Positions 49,664 through 58,502 are shown, counted from the stretch's first letter. The stretch: 64,000 bases of DNA from an uncultured virus (IMG/VR IMGVR_UViG_3300026321_000001) (IMGVR_UViG_3300026321_000001), one strand, 5' to 3'. Translations and numbers: made by a program. Notes: generated by a model not told the origin, from the sequence alone.

Positions 49664-50197
49664 CTATGATGCTAACACATTTGGACTACCAAAAGCAACC
49701 ACTGATGAACAAGGCCAACTTTTACCTGGTTTCCCTATGCCTAATGGATCCATAATGCGTCCAATAGGTATCTTAAATGCCAAAACTTGCTTAGTAGTTG
49801 ATTCTAAGACACGAGTATGACCTAATCCCTTCATATCTTCCGTAGTTAGAACACTACAGTTGAAAGGAGTGGGAATAATACACATCGCTTTACCACAAGG
49901 ACACGAAAAATTCACAATATTGGTTGTAATCGATCTATGAGGTGTAAATACATCCCCAAAGATCATAACAGGTAATCCATTAACAAGAACTGTTGCTCTC
50001 ATAGGGTTAAGAGCAGTTAAAGGTGTAAGTGGATTTGGTGGCCACATACAAGTCTTTTCCTTAACAACAACAGGAAGTTCAATAGGTGGTGTACTACAAG
50101 CCTGGTTACTATGAATAGTCGCAGGAATAGGTACACCGTGTCCAGAACACGGCAATCCGTTATGATGTGCTACTGGTCTTAAAAGTCCTAATGCCAT
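49664..50197 (-). CDS. PAAR-like baseplate spike-tip protein (gp5.4-like) with insertions
   Basis: C.GHG, TVLVNGLPV...GD....H, GH.R.....V......IGR..D.L....C...VA.GSPNV pattern. Located next to gp25. Confidence 0.7.
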   Translation of the reverse strand: MALGLLRPVAHHNGLPCSGHGVPIPATIHSNQACSTPPIELPVVVKEKTCMWPPNPLTPLTALNPMRATVLVNGLPVMIFGDVFTPHRSITTNIVNFSCPCGKAMCIIPTPFNCSVLTTEDMKGLGHTRVLESTTKQVLAFKIPIGRIMDPLGIGKPGKSWPCSSVVAFGSPNVLAS

Positions 50198-53100
50198 TAT
50201 TGATCCTGATTAGTTAAATCACATTCATCGAAATATGGGTTACCCCATCGTTTAATCGATTGATCTAATAAGTGTGTTGCCCCAGGCAAGTAGTTTGCCC
50301 AATGCATTTTTCCGTTAAACGGTCCCAACTCTATGTATGGGTTGTCTTCTGATGTTTTACCTGTGTCAAATGCCACTGTAGAGTGCACAACCTGACTAAG
50401 AGCAGAACAACTACCATATTGATTGGGTGTACTACTCTGAACCCACGTAGCAGGAGGTGTGAAAGGTTGTCCAGTACAGATATCATCTGATGCTAAACCA
50501 TTACCATTCTCATCATAACCACTGTATACGTTCAACACACCGTCAGCAATGAAGTTATGCCAGCAAGGATTAGGGAATTTATTATTAGAACAAGATGCTA
50601 ATTGTATTGTATTGTAATTATGTGTAGTTGACTGACCAGTTTGAGTGTCAGTAACACTTACTGATCCACTTCCATACGCTGAATAATTGTTTGGACCTAC
50701 CCAAGTAGCAAGTTTCTCCAATTCTGACCCATAAAAATCGAACGTAGTTTCATCACCAGCAGTAGGAACGAACGTATAGCTACCACCACCTGACGAGAAA
50801 CAACGTCCTTTAACGCTACTACCACGTACACAAGTGTGAGATTTGTTGTTTGGACCAGCTGGGCGAGGCTTTGTGTAAGAAGGCTTGGGTAAAGACTCCA
50901 ACCAATCAAGGAATTGTTGGTTAATAGTTTCACCTTTAAGGGAAACATCCCCCTCAACTCGCATAGAAACACGAACTTGAGCAAATTCTTCCTTACTTCC
51001 ACAGTATTTGTATGGCAAATACCCGTATGTCGTCTCTTCCCCGTACTGATTATACGCAACAGTAGGACAAGGTATGTCAAAAAAGCGTCTAACCTGATAA
51101 AGATTAGCCTGAAATGTCTCTAAACACTCTCCACCAAACATTCCAGGCATTCCAGATGCCATTTTACCCTCAACATACTGTGCATCTGATGCAGATTGAG
51201 ATACAGCACCCGAAATCATCGCATCATTTTGTCCCCACGTGGGTTCTGCGTTTAAAATTTCACTCTGATAATCATCAGGATCCAAATATGTGCTTAAATT
51301 TGTCCATTTTGTACCTACAGATGGATCTAAACACTTAACAGGTACCTGATCACAGAATCTTGTCTTCTCGCTATCGTTAAAATCTTTAGTTTTTAAGTAT
51401 CCATCAACGTATTCTGACTGAATTGGTGTATTAAAACTCTTAAATGACTCTTTAGCATACCCTAAACCTTCACCCCAAGCATTTCTAGCATCTTCAGATG
51501 GTATCTTTTCATCCTCATCTTCAGAATTAAGTGATCTTTCTAATCCTCCAGAGATATCATCCGCACCTTCTCCAACATAAGTATCAGCTCTAGTCTTTCT
51601 ATCGATCTCAACAACACTAATTTGAACTTCTTCTCCAGCCTGGTACCCTGCTCCAGGGTCAATTATAGTGACTGCTTTGACACATCCTAGTGAATCTAAC
51701 ACAATTGATGCTTCTGCTTGCCTCAAAGACCCAGAATAACCCGCTTCTGTCATATATTGTTGAGTCTGAACGTTAGCAGCGGCTTTCTCAGCATCATAAC
51801 TTGCTGCTTTAAAGTCATCTTTCCTTTGATATTGTACCTGAACATTACCACTTACGTTATCTTCGAAAGTTTCTGGTATATTTGAGGCAGTATCAGAGTA
51901 TCCTTCCTGTCTTAATAGGTCAGGAATAGAGATAACACAGGTTGGTTTAACATAATCTCTACCTGCATTGATAATTTCAATAGATCCTATACCACCAGCA
52001 TCATTAATTGTTGCTTCTAATATCGCTTCATCAAAGTTTCTCTTAGGTATAAGAGCTCTATTATCAATTTCTGCCTTATAATATGCTAATTTCTTAGGAA
52101 ATTCATATACTCCAAAGAATGCTGCCTTATCTTTTATCCCAAAACCAGCTAAAATCTCAGCAGTTCCGTTGTTTGCAGAGCTAAAAGTCTGCTGATATGA
52201 GAAATCACTACCTTGTACACCAGAAATAGTCTGTAAATTCATATAACCACAACGTAGCTCATCACCAAAGTAACGAACATTCTGTATCAACCATCCATTG
52301 ATCTGTTCACCTATCGCAAAAAAGCCAGTAACACTCGTATAACGGAAGAAAACCATATGATCATCTGTTCCAACAGTCCAAAATGACTCCTGGAGACCTA
52401 CAGTGTTGGGTGCATCGACTGAAATATGCGTTTTTTGGGTCTTCCAAGCATCTTGACGCATCTCATAGAAGTATGAATGGTAATTTAACGTTGGTTGGAT
52501 GTTAGATCCTTGTGTTGGTAAGCAAGGAGCATCCGTAGTGATCAAATTGATGCCATATATCGGTCCAGAGTAAGGAAATGACGTATCATAGAGATAATAG
52601 ACGAATTGACCCTCAAAAGCGTCGTGAAAACCTAAAAATCGGGGTAAACACGCCTTTACAGCACCATTTTTGCCATAAAACCACTCAAAATTGGCTTTAT
52701 CGTCCAATAAATCAACATTATCGGGGTTTCCCCACCCCATAGTGCTTGCTGGCTCCCCTTGAGCGTTATAATCGGGTTCTTCATACCCTCCAGACTGCCA
52801 ATCGTACCACCCAGAGCGTGAAACCTCTCCAGTGTTGATCGGTTTACCTGCTTCAACGATCTGCTTCTTAATTCTAGGTGCAGTTGCTGAGAACACATAT
52901 CCTAGGATGCCTTGATACTTGTATGCCTGGTCTAGTGGTTTGGCACAATCAGGTACACCAGCAATGCCAGTTTCTAAATTGACTTCTGTGGCAGGTGTAG
53001 TAGTATAGAAGTCATCGTTGTTTGTAAGTTCCTTATAATGGTATAAAGGTATCGCAGACTCAGCAGGATGAGTTACACCTGCTGCTGTTGCAGCGGCTGC

Positions 53101-53952
53101 CGTGGTCCAGATATATCCTAAACTACAAATTGCATTTCCTTGATCCTGATTGATTGCAGTAGTAAGTAAAGCATTACAATCACTACCACTACCGTCTTTA
53201 AAACATATTTCTGTATTACCATTCTGAAGATTGAATCCAGCTGCATTACCATTAGTAATAGTGCAGTTGTATGTGTTACCAGCCGTAACAGTAGCAGATT
53301 GCTGAGGAGATTGTCCTGCTTGTCCAGTCTGAGTAAATGATATACCCAGAGTGGGAATAGCATATGTTCCTAATGCAGTACCAGCAGTATTAGGGTTATC
53401 GTTCCAACTAAAGTTAAAAACTATAGTAGCAGTACCTGATCCTGTACAAACTAAATTACCACTACCATCAAACTGTATTGATACAGTACTTGCACCACTG
53501 GTAGTAGAGAGATAACTGTTAAAGTTTGCAGCATCATATAATAAGAATATCTCTGTATTACCTGTAAGATTTTTCTCTGATGTATAAAAGACTTCCTTCC
53601 TATTTCTTGGTTCCGCATTATACCTTTTAGGATTTAAAGGCATACTATCAGGAAGATCATTTAAGTAATGATAAGTATGATCTACTCTTCTAGCAGAATA
53701 CCATCTGTATATTGCTCTTCTCTCTGCATCACAATTAGCTACACAAGTTTCCGTCTGCTGTCCAATGTAATAGACCTCATCCTTTCCAAACTCGAAAGAA
53801 CCAGGTCCACTACCTTCTACAGTTATTTGATATCCACCAGGACCAAATTGGGCAAAGTCTGGATGATCGTCAGTTGTATATGAACGTGAGTATTCATAAG
53901 AATCTACTGGATTCTCATAACTCCTTCCCGTCTCTATCAGATATGCTGGCAT
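50197..53952 (-). CDS. Large hypothetical, probably virion-associated protein (1251 aa)
   Basis: Long ORF with IYRWY...DH.Y and PLYHY....DDFYTT...Y..QGILGYV repeats and I.I.N.G..Y modules. cTAAATA upstream near 53974. Confidence 0.7.
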   Translation of the reverse strand: MPAYLIETGRSYENPVDSYEYSRSYTTDDHPDFAQFGPGGYQITVEGSGPGSFEFGKDEVYYIGQQTETCVANCDAERRAIYRWYSARRVDHTYHYLNDLPDSMPLNPKRYNAEPRNRKEVFYTSEKNLTGNTEIFLLYDAANFNSYLSTTSGASTVSIQFDGSGNLVCTGSGTATIVFNFSWNDNPNTAGTALGTYAIPTLGISFTQTGQAGQSPQQSATVTAGNTYNCTITNGNAAGFNLQNGNTEICFKDGSGSDCNALLTTAINQDQGNAICSLGYIWTTAAAATAAGVTHPAESAIPLYHYKELTNNDDFYTTTPATEVNLETGIAGVPDCAKPLDQAYKYQGILGYVFSATAPRIKKQIVEAGKPINTGEVSRSGWYDWQSGGYEEPDYNAQGEPASTMGWGNPDNVDLLDDKANFEWFYGKNGAVKACLPRFLGFHDAFEGQFVYYLYDTSFPYSGPIYGINLITTDAPCLPTQGSNIQPTLNYHSYFYEMRQDAWKTQKTHISVDAPNTVGLQESFWTVGTDDHMVFFRYTSVTGFFAIGEQINGWLIQNVRYFGDELRCGYMNLQTISGVQGSDFSYQQTFSSANNGTAEILAGFGIKDKAAFFGVYEFPKKLAYYKAEIDNRALIPKRNFDEAILEATINDAGGIGSIEIINAGRDYVKPTCVISIPDLLRQEGYSDTASNIPETFEDNVSGNVQVQYQRKDDFKAASYDAEKAAANVQTQQYMTEAGYSGSLRQAEASIVLDSLGCVKAVTIIDPGAGYQAGEEVQISVVEIDRKTRADTYVGEGADDISGGLERSLNSEDEDEKIPSEDARNAWGEGLGYAKESFKSFNTPIQSEYVDGYLKTKDFNDSEKTRFCDQVPVKCLDPSVGTKWTNLSTYLDPDDYQSEILNAEPTWGQNDAMISGAVSQSASDAQYVEGKMASGMPGMFGGECLETFQANLYQVRRFFDIPCPTVAYNQYGEETTYGYLPYKYCGSKEEFAQVRVSMRVEGDVSLKGETINQQFLDWLESLPKPSYTKPRPAGPNNKSHTCVRGSSVKGRCFSSGGGSYTFVPTAGDETTFDFYGSELEKLATWVGPNNYSAYGSGSVSVTDTQTGQSTTHNYNTIQLASCSNNKFPNPCWHNFIADGVLNVYSGYDENGNGLASDDICTGQPFTPPATWVQSSTPNQYGSCSALSQVVHSTVAFDTGKTSEDNPYIELGPFNGKMHWANYLPGATHLLDQSIKRWGNPYFDECDLTNQDQ

Positions 53953-54185
53953 TTAGGTACGCTACCTCCAGCTTATTTAGTCTCTTATAAAGATCGTCAA
54001 ATACTTGTTTGAGGTTAGAATAGTCGTCAGTACCTGGGATCTTGTACATAATCATCTCAGCACCACGCTTTAAAAACTGTTCGTGTGACTGAGACTTCTG
54101 TGCTAAAGTTTTAATAGAATCAGCAATCCTTTCAAATCGCCACTCTAACTCTTGCTCGTATGATTCAAATTCAGGGATGTCCATA
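53915..54185 (-). CDS. Hypothetical protein (likely start MDIPEFES)
   Basis: ORF track gives 53915..54211; the ATG at ~54185 directly follows the HNH gene stop. Confidence 0.65.
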
Positions 54186-54713
54186 TTAAGATAGAAGGGG
54201 CATATCACCAAAATCTCTTTTGATCTTGGGTTTGGATAAACGTTCTCTTTCAGATTCTATCCACTTATCTGCTTTACCGTCCCAGTAGTTTGGGTTATAC
54301 TTTCTTTTATTACGTTTCAGTATTCTTCCACTAGCGTGTAGACACTTAGATATTGTACTTGCAGCACAACCAGTTACTTCGTGTATTTCATCCCACTTAG
54401 CACCTCTGTCATACATCTCATATATTTTATCACGTTTCCATTCTTCCATCTTCGGTCTACCTGGAAATCTTCCTTCTGCTATTCCCTTTGCTTGACCATC
54501 CTTTACTAACTTACTAAAATTAGCGTTCCTCATTGTATGTCGTAGACCGTGTATCATATTGTGGTGTACCTGACATACTGTTATAAGGTTGAACTCACTC
54601 TCAATAAATTCGTTTGAAACTCCACAAGCTCTTGCTTCTTCTGATCCTCTAGGTACTACGTGGTGGTGATGTATATCAGTGCTACCACAAAACACACATT
54701 TGTCTAGTTTCAT
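54186..54713 (-). CDS. HNH endonuclease fused to a resolvase-type HTH
   Basis: C..CG....HHHHVVP ... NLITVCQVHHNMIH (Zn-binding HNH), then G...GRPK and an HTH (EIHEVTGCAASTISKCL). Confidence 0.75.
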   Translation of the reverse strand: MKLDKCVFCGSTDIHHHHVVPRGSEEARACGVSNEFIESEFNLITVCQVHHNMIHGLRHTMRNANFSKLVKDGQAKGIAEGRFPGRPKMEEWKRDKIYEMYDRGAKWDEIHEVTGCAASTISKCLHASGRILKRNKRKYNPNYWDGKADKWIESERERLSKPKIKRDFGDMPLLS

Positions 54714-54718
54714 TTTAG

Positions 54719-55234
54719 TTAAAAGTAATTAAGATTCAGTACTATACGTCTTTCATCAGTCGAAGTAGAACCGCAGTGTAGCACATTCTCTTGGAAGGTC
54801 ACTAATCTGTTTGCGACAGACTCTACTTTAAGCCCTTCTTCGAATAAAGAAAATCCGTTATTATCATTTATATAGTAGATTGATGTCTTTGATTCCCCTT
54901 TACCATCATCATTTATATCGTTATGTAACTCAAACGTCCGTATCTCATCCGCAATAGGGGTTAGGTTCGCCTTTACTCTTATAATGGCACGTGGGTTGAT
55001 CTTATTAATTAAACCTAGCACAAGGTCATACTCAGGGGTTAGAGGAGTCCCATTAGAGTACATTAGATTGAATAGATGCCAGTTATGTTTTTCCTTCTCT
55101 ATCAAGTCAGGTTCGAACATCTGGGCAATATGATTAGTCTTTCGACCAAAGTACCACGGGAACACATCTGACGAGAATTGTTCCTGCAATAGTAGCCACT
55201 CTTCCGTTGGTAAAAAGTTGTCAATAATTTCCAT
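54719..55234 (-). CDS. 2OG-Fe(II) oxygenase
   Basis: HND (HxD), SIYYIN.NNG, VESVANRLV.F, LH.GST...RIVLN.NY. Confidence 0.8.
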   Translation of the reverse strand: MEIIDNFLPTEEWLLLQEQFSSDVFPWYFGRKTNHIAQMFEPDLIEKEKHNWHLFNLMYSNGTPLTPEYDLVLGLINKINPRAIIRVKANLTPIADEIRTFELHNDINDDGKGESKTSIYYINDNNGFSLFEEGLKVESVANRLVTFQENVLHCGSTSTDERRIVLNLNYF

Positions 55235-55280
55235 AGTAATACGCGAAGCGTCGCGGGGTTGGGGGTATCTGAGGGGTTTA

Positions 55281-55481
55281 CTACTCTAAGAAGTCATCCC
55301 CTGCTTCTAATTTTGCCCTTATACTTCTCCAAGTCGTTTGCACTCTTTCAAGGGGTTTGCCACCACAGACCTCAGCCTTGTATAACAAACACCACTTGCC
55401 AGAGTTGCATATTAATTGACGTTCCTCCTTCGTGAACGTAGCAGTCCATTCAGTCTGCCGTTCCGACTGAGGTTTGTCCAT
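55281..55481 (-). CDS. Hypothetical protein (likely start MDKPQSERQ)
   Basis: ORF track frame; start trimmed to reduce overlap with the upstream ORF. Confidence 0.55.
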   Translation of the reverse strand: MDKPQSERQTEWTATFTKEERQLICNSGKWCLLYKAEVCGGKPLERVQTTWRSIRAKLEAGDDFLE

Positions 55482-55623
55482 AATGTTGAGTGTGGTTAAG
55501 TTTTCGTAGGATTTCATCGCACATAGCATATTGTGCGTGCTTAAAAGGACCAACGTGATTCATTTGGTAATACCTAACAGCATCATAGCACAGTTTTTCC
55601 TCTGTGCTAGTCATTTTAGTCAT
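55450..55623 (-). CDS. Small hypothetical protein (57 aa)
   Basis: Manual translation MTKMTSTEEKLCYDAVRYYQMNHVGPFKHAQYAMCDEILRKLNHTQHYGQTSVGTAD. Confidence 0.55.
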   Translation of the reverse strand: MTKMTSTEEKLCYDAVRYYQMNHVGPFKHAQYAMCDEILRKLNHTQHYGQTSVGTAD

Positions 55624-55780
55624 TTGTTGACTTCTCCAAGAGTACGGTTTCGTTATCTACACTATATTCTACCTCATCACCGACCATTAAGTCTGCTTCA
55701 GATAATACTGAGTCTGGTAGAACAACGTATAACTCACCCGTATGATCATCCTCTCGGATAATTGTAGTGAATCTATGCAT
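55616..55780 (-). CDS. AbrB/MazE-like small DNA-binding protein (54 aa)
   Basis: Manual translation MHRFTTIIREDDHTGELYVVLPDSVLSEADLMVGDEVEYSVDNETVLLEKSTND. G.L.V.LP..V....L..GD.VE..V....V.L is the swapped-hairpin pattern. Confidence 0.7.
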   Translation of the reverse strand: MHRFTTIIREDDHTGELYVVLPDSVLSEADLMVGDEVEYSVDNETVLLEKSTND

Positions 55781-56189
55781 TTTTTCTTATAACATACAGT
55801 GTCTTTGGTATATATTGTTCTACAGACTCTATCCTTGACTGATCGAAAGCTTTATGATGAAGTAAGTAGCCTTCCCCAAGATATACAGCGCAGTGATTTA
55901 AACGTTTATCTAATTTCATCACCAAAATATCAAATTTATTCAGATCGTCTAGGTCAAACACTTCCCCCATCTCTGATGTTTTCAGCACAGACCAGTCTTC
56001 TGCTTCCCACAGATCCTTCAGGAACTCTCTGGCAGTGAATGAGTAGTCTTCTTTGCAGGTGTGGTATCCGATGTCCTTCCCCATATCATAAAGAAGGGTG
56101 AAGCAACCTCCACCCTTCGTACGGGACCACTCTCTGCCAAGCCATTGGGAGTATTCTCCTTCCAATCTCTGACGAACCTTTTTGGTCAT
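55773..56189 (-). CDS. NlpC/P60-family peptidase-like protein
   Basis: WLG..W......CF.L and NHCAVYLGEG.LLHH give a Cys-His-His triad. Confidence 0.8.
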   Translation of the reverse strand: MTKKVRQRLEGEYSQWLGREWSRTKGGGCFTLLYDMGKDIGYHTCKEDYSFTAREFLKDLWEAEDWSVLKTSEMGEVFDLDDLNKFDILVMKLDKRLNHCAVYLGEGYLLHHKAFDQSRIESVEQYIPKTLYVIRKNA

Positions 56190-56364
56190 TTTTTTCTCAG
56201 CGAATTTTTTCTATATCTAGGTACCATTTTATGCGATTTCGATAATATATGCCGTCCTATACTGTTGTAGGTTAACAACGAAGGACTTTTTTATATAAGT
56301 CGATATCATTTAGTGGGTGCAATCGTGATTACATTTGTGTTACTTAGTGGGTACACAGTTGTTG

Positions 56365-56616
56365 TTACTTATCCTCTGCAATTCCTACCTCATAACATAA
56401 CCCTTCGGCGATGCAATAGTCGCAGAATTGTTGATACTGAAGGAGTTCATTGTGTAGGTCACAATCTATTAAGAACTGTGCCATCTCTATTTGTTCATCA
56501 GGGGGCAAATTACCCTCATCAAATAGATCACAATAAATTGCAATCTTACTGGGAATGTGTGTAGTCAAGGTCCAAATCTCCAAAGGAAGTGTCATCAATC
56601 TCGACGTAATCGTCAC
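56365..56616 (-). CDS. Hypothetical protein (start uncertain, probably downstream of the one shown)
   Basis: ORF track. Region DLFDEGNLPPDEQIEMAQFLID...CDYCIAEGLCY looks protein-like. Confidence 0.55.
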   Translation of the reverse strand: MTITSRLMTLPLEIWTLTTHIPSKIAIYCDLFDEGNLPPDEQIEMAQFLIDCDLHNELLQYQQFCDYCIAEGLCYEVGIAEDK

Positions 56617-56689
56617 CTTCGGTGTTATCTTCGTCGAGTAATTGGTCTATCCAATCTTTACTATTAAACGGTTTAATCTCAGGGTCCAT
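56546..56689 (-). CDS. Small acidic hypothetical protein (MDPEIKPF...)
   Basis: In-frame ATG overlapping the end of the upstream ORF. Confidence 0.5.
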   Translation of the reverse strand: MDPEIKPFNSKDWIDQLLDEDNTEGDDYVEIDDTSFGDLDLDYTHSQ

Positions 56690-56867
56690 TGTTGTTACCT
56701 TGGTGAGTACGATTAGCGTTTGATTGTTGATACTCAGAGTACTCATAATGCTCGGAGTTGTTGTTAGAAACTCGACCCTTATTACGGTTCGATTTGTTTC
56801 TCTTTTCTCTTAAAGATTTTGGTCTATTTGAACTATACGTGTCATTACGTTTGTAAGTCCTTCCCAT
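56679..56867 (-). CDS. Small basic hypothetical protein (MGRTYKRND...)
   Basis: 62-aa ORF directly downstream of a near-consensus sigma70 promoter. Confidence 0.65.
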   Translation of the reverse strand: MGRTYKRNDTYSSNRPKSLREKRNKSNRNKGRVSNNNSEHYEYSEYQQSNANRTHQGNNNGP

Positions 56868-56909
56868 TGGTAATAGTACCGCTATGTGTTAGTTAGTGTT
56901 TGCCCCTTA

Positions 56910-56938
56910 ATTATAAACGAATCTGTGGAAAACGTCAA
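56910..56938 (-). promoter_or_regulatory. Sigma70-type promoter
   Basis: Minus strand TTGACG-17 bp-TATAAT. Confidence 0.8.
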
Positions 56939-56974
56939 GGGGTTTGTAACAGTTTCTGTAGTGTCTCCTAAGTG

Positions 56975-57003
56975 TTGACAACTGTTCTGTTCTTATATAG
57001 TCT
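56975..57003 (+). promoter_or_regulatory. Divergent sigma70-like promoter
   Basis: TTGACA-17 bp-TAGTCT on + strand; no plus-strand ORF follows. Confidence 0.45.
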
Positions 57004-57142
57004 ATTAAGGTCGCTATTCCTCCGTAGGTTTATAACACTTATGACTCTAAAGATAGAACGCTTAAGTATGTTTATTTAACCATTTATTTATCCACAGAAA
57101 ATATACTTAACTGTGGAAATCTTGTGGAAAACTAACACTAAC

Positions 57143-57472
57143 TCATACCCATTTTAGGTTATTACTTTGGTCATTCAATTTGTCTTTGTCAATGTGAATA
57201 ACGTTCTGCGAATCTGTTCCGCCTGGATGATAAGCAAGGGCACACAATCGTGCACAACGTCTAACAACTGTTTTACCATTTTGTCTTAATGTAACACGTC
57301 TATAACCATTTTCATTTAAATGTATCTTTAATTTCTTCCATTTACCCCACTTAGTTGAATATATCTGTCCTTCGTTAGATACAAAATAGTCCTCGTAATT
57401 AGGGATAGGTTTGTATAAAATACCTGCATCATCTTGATAGGTATTATCATTAATCTTTTTGAATGGGTTCAT
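57143..57472 (-). CDS. NUMOD4 / HNH-like protein
   Basis: KPIPNYEDY.VSNEG.I.S, NGYRRVTL, RL.A.AY and V.HID.DKLN...NNL.W. Confidence 0.75.
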   Translation of the reverse strand: MNPFKKINDNTYQDDAGILYKPIPNYEDYFVSNEGQIYSTKWGKWKKLKIHLNENGYRRVTLRQNGKTVVRRCARLCALAYHPGGTDSQNVIHIDKDKLNDQSNNLKWV

Positions 57473-57487
57473 AATACTTAAGGGGGG

Positions 57488-58135
57488 TCAAAGTGCAACG
57501 TTAAATGTTATCGTGATTCTATTACCTTTGGTGTTTGGTTCATACCCACGAGTCAAATTAGCAGGATATAAACATATCTCACCTTCTGTAATTGGTACGA
57601 TTCCATCTAACATATTGAAGGGTGTAATCTGTGTTTGATTGTATTGAATAACGGGGTAATGAGTTGATGATACATCCCTTTTAAATTTCAGGGGAGAATG
57701 TTCATTAGCGTTCCAATTTACAAAATAAGTTCCACTATAGAGGCAATTACTTTGCTCGTGTGGTGCATACAAACTCCCTTCATTTCCTAGTTCTATTGTT
57801 GAATCAATTAGGTTAGGATTGTCACCCAATTCATAACATAGTGCTTTACTATTGATGTCTACAATGCCCTGTAATATGTCTGATTTAAGTGATACGAACT
57901 GTTCGAGGTTAAGTACATTTAAGGCACCTAATTGCAGCACGCCACTATTAATATCTTTTCGGGGTGATTGTTTAACATCATCAGGAGATAAGGCGGCAAT
58001 ATAGTCAAGAATTGTTTGCTTATGTTGTTTATGATTAGTGAGACGATTAACTCCCACAGGTGTCATAAACATCCCATACACGTTAGTGTTAGCAACTGAC
58101 TCTAAATTGTCGGATAAAATGTTATCTTCAGGCAT
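57488..58135 (-). CDS. 2OG-Fe(II) oxygenase-like protein (TIGR02466-like), metal ligands apparently degenerate
   Basis: PH...N...SGTYFV, EG....YP..L......N....RITITFN. Confidence 0.7.
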   Translation of the reverse strand: MPEDNILSDNLESVANTNVYGMFMTPVGVNRLTNHKQHKQTILDYIAALSPDDVKQSPRKDINSGVLQLGALNVLNLEQFVSLKSDILQGIVDINSKALCYELGDNPNLIDSTIELGNEGSLYAPHEQSNCLYSGTYFVNWNANEHSPLKFKRDVSSTHYPVIQYNQTQITPFNMLDGIVPITEGEICLYPANLTRGYEPNTKGNRITITFNVAL

Positions 58136-58149
58136 AACGAGTTAGTAAT

Positions 58150-58176
58150 AAAAAAGAGGGGTTATTTACTCCCCTC
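58150..58176 (-). terminator. Rho-independent terminator overlapping the start site of the next promoter
   Basis: Minus strand GAGGGG-agtaaataa-CCCCTC-TTTTTT. Confidence 0.7.
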
Positions 58177-58206
58177 ATTATATAGCAAGGATTGATACCT
58201 TGTCAA
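58177..58206 (-). promoter_or_regulatory. Sigma70-type promoter
   Basis: Minus strand TTGACA-18 bp-TATAAT. Confidence 0.75.
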
Positions 58207-58319
58207 GTTGTTTTCTTCCTAGGTTGCCAATTAGTAAGGAAATAATACTTAATAACTGGAGTAGGATTGCAGAGTTGTTTGTAAACTTCTTGTGACATTT
58301 TGTAAGTTTTGGATGACAT
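58203..58319 (-). CDS. Small hypothetical protein (38 aa)
   Basis: Manual translation MSSKTYKMSQEVYKQLCNPTPVIKYYFLTNWQPRKKTT. Confidence 0.45.
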   Translation of the reverse strand: MSSKTYKMSQEVYKQLCNPTPVIKYYFLTNWQPRKKTT

Positions 58320-58334
58320 TTTAGGATGGATGAT

Positions 58335-58478
58335 TCAGTCAATGATGATGTTAGTTACGATTTCAAATACTTCAGGTGGTTGTAATCGTCTCCTTGATAA
58401 TGCTTCAAGGAAAATGTTAGTAACTGTTTGCAATTCATCATTTGTTAGTGAATCGTAGATGTCGATAGTTTGTGACAT
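58335..58478 (-). CDS. Small hypothetical protein (47 aa)
   Basis: Manual translation MSQTIDIYDSLTNDELQTVTNIFLEALSRRRLQPPEVFEIVTNIIID. Confidence 0.55.
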   Translation of the reverse strand: MSQTIDIYDSLTNDELQTVTNIFLEALSRRRLQPPEVFEIVTNIIID

Positions 58479-58502
58479 TTGGTTGATAATTAGGGTGAAC
58501 GA

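Noticed and set aside
55531..56564. Plus-strand ORFs 55531-55761, 55799-56038, 56061-56270 and 56313-56564
   Set aside because: They overlap better-supported minus-strand genes.
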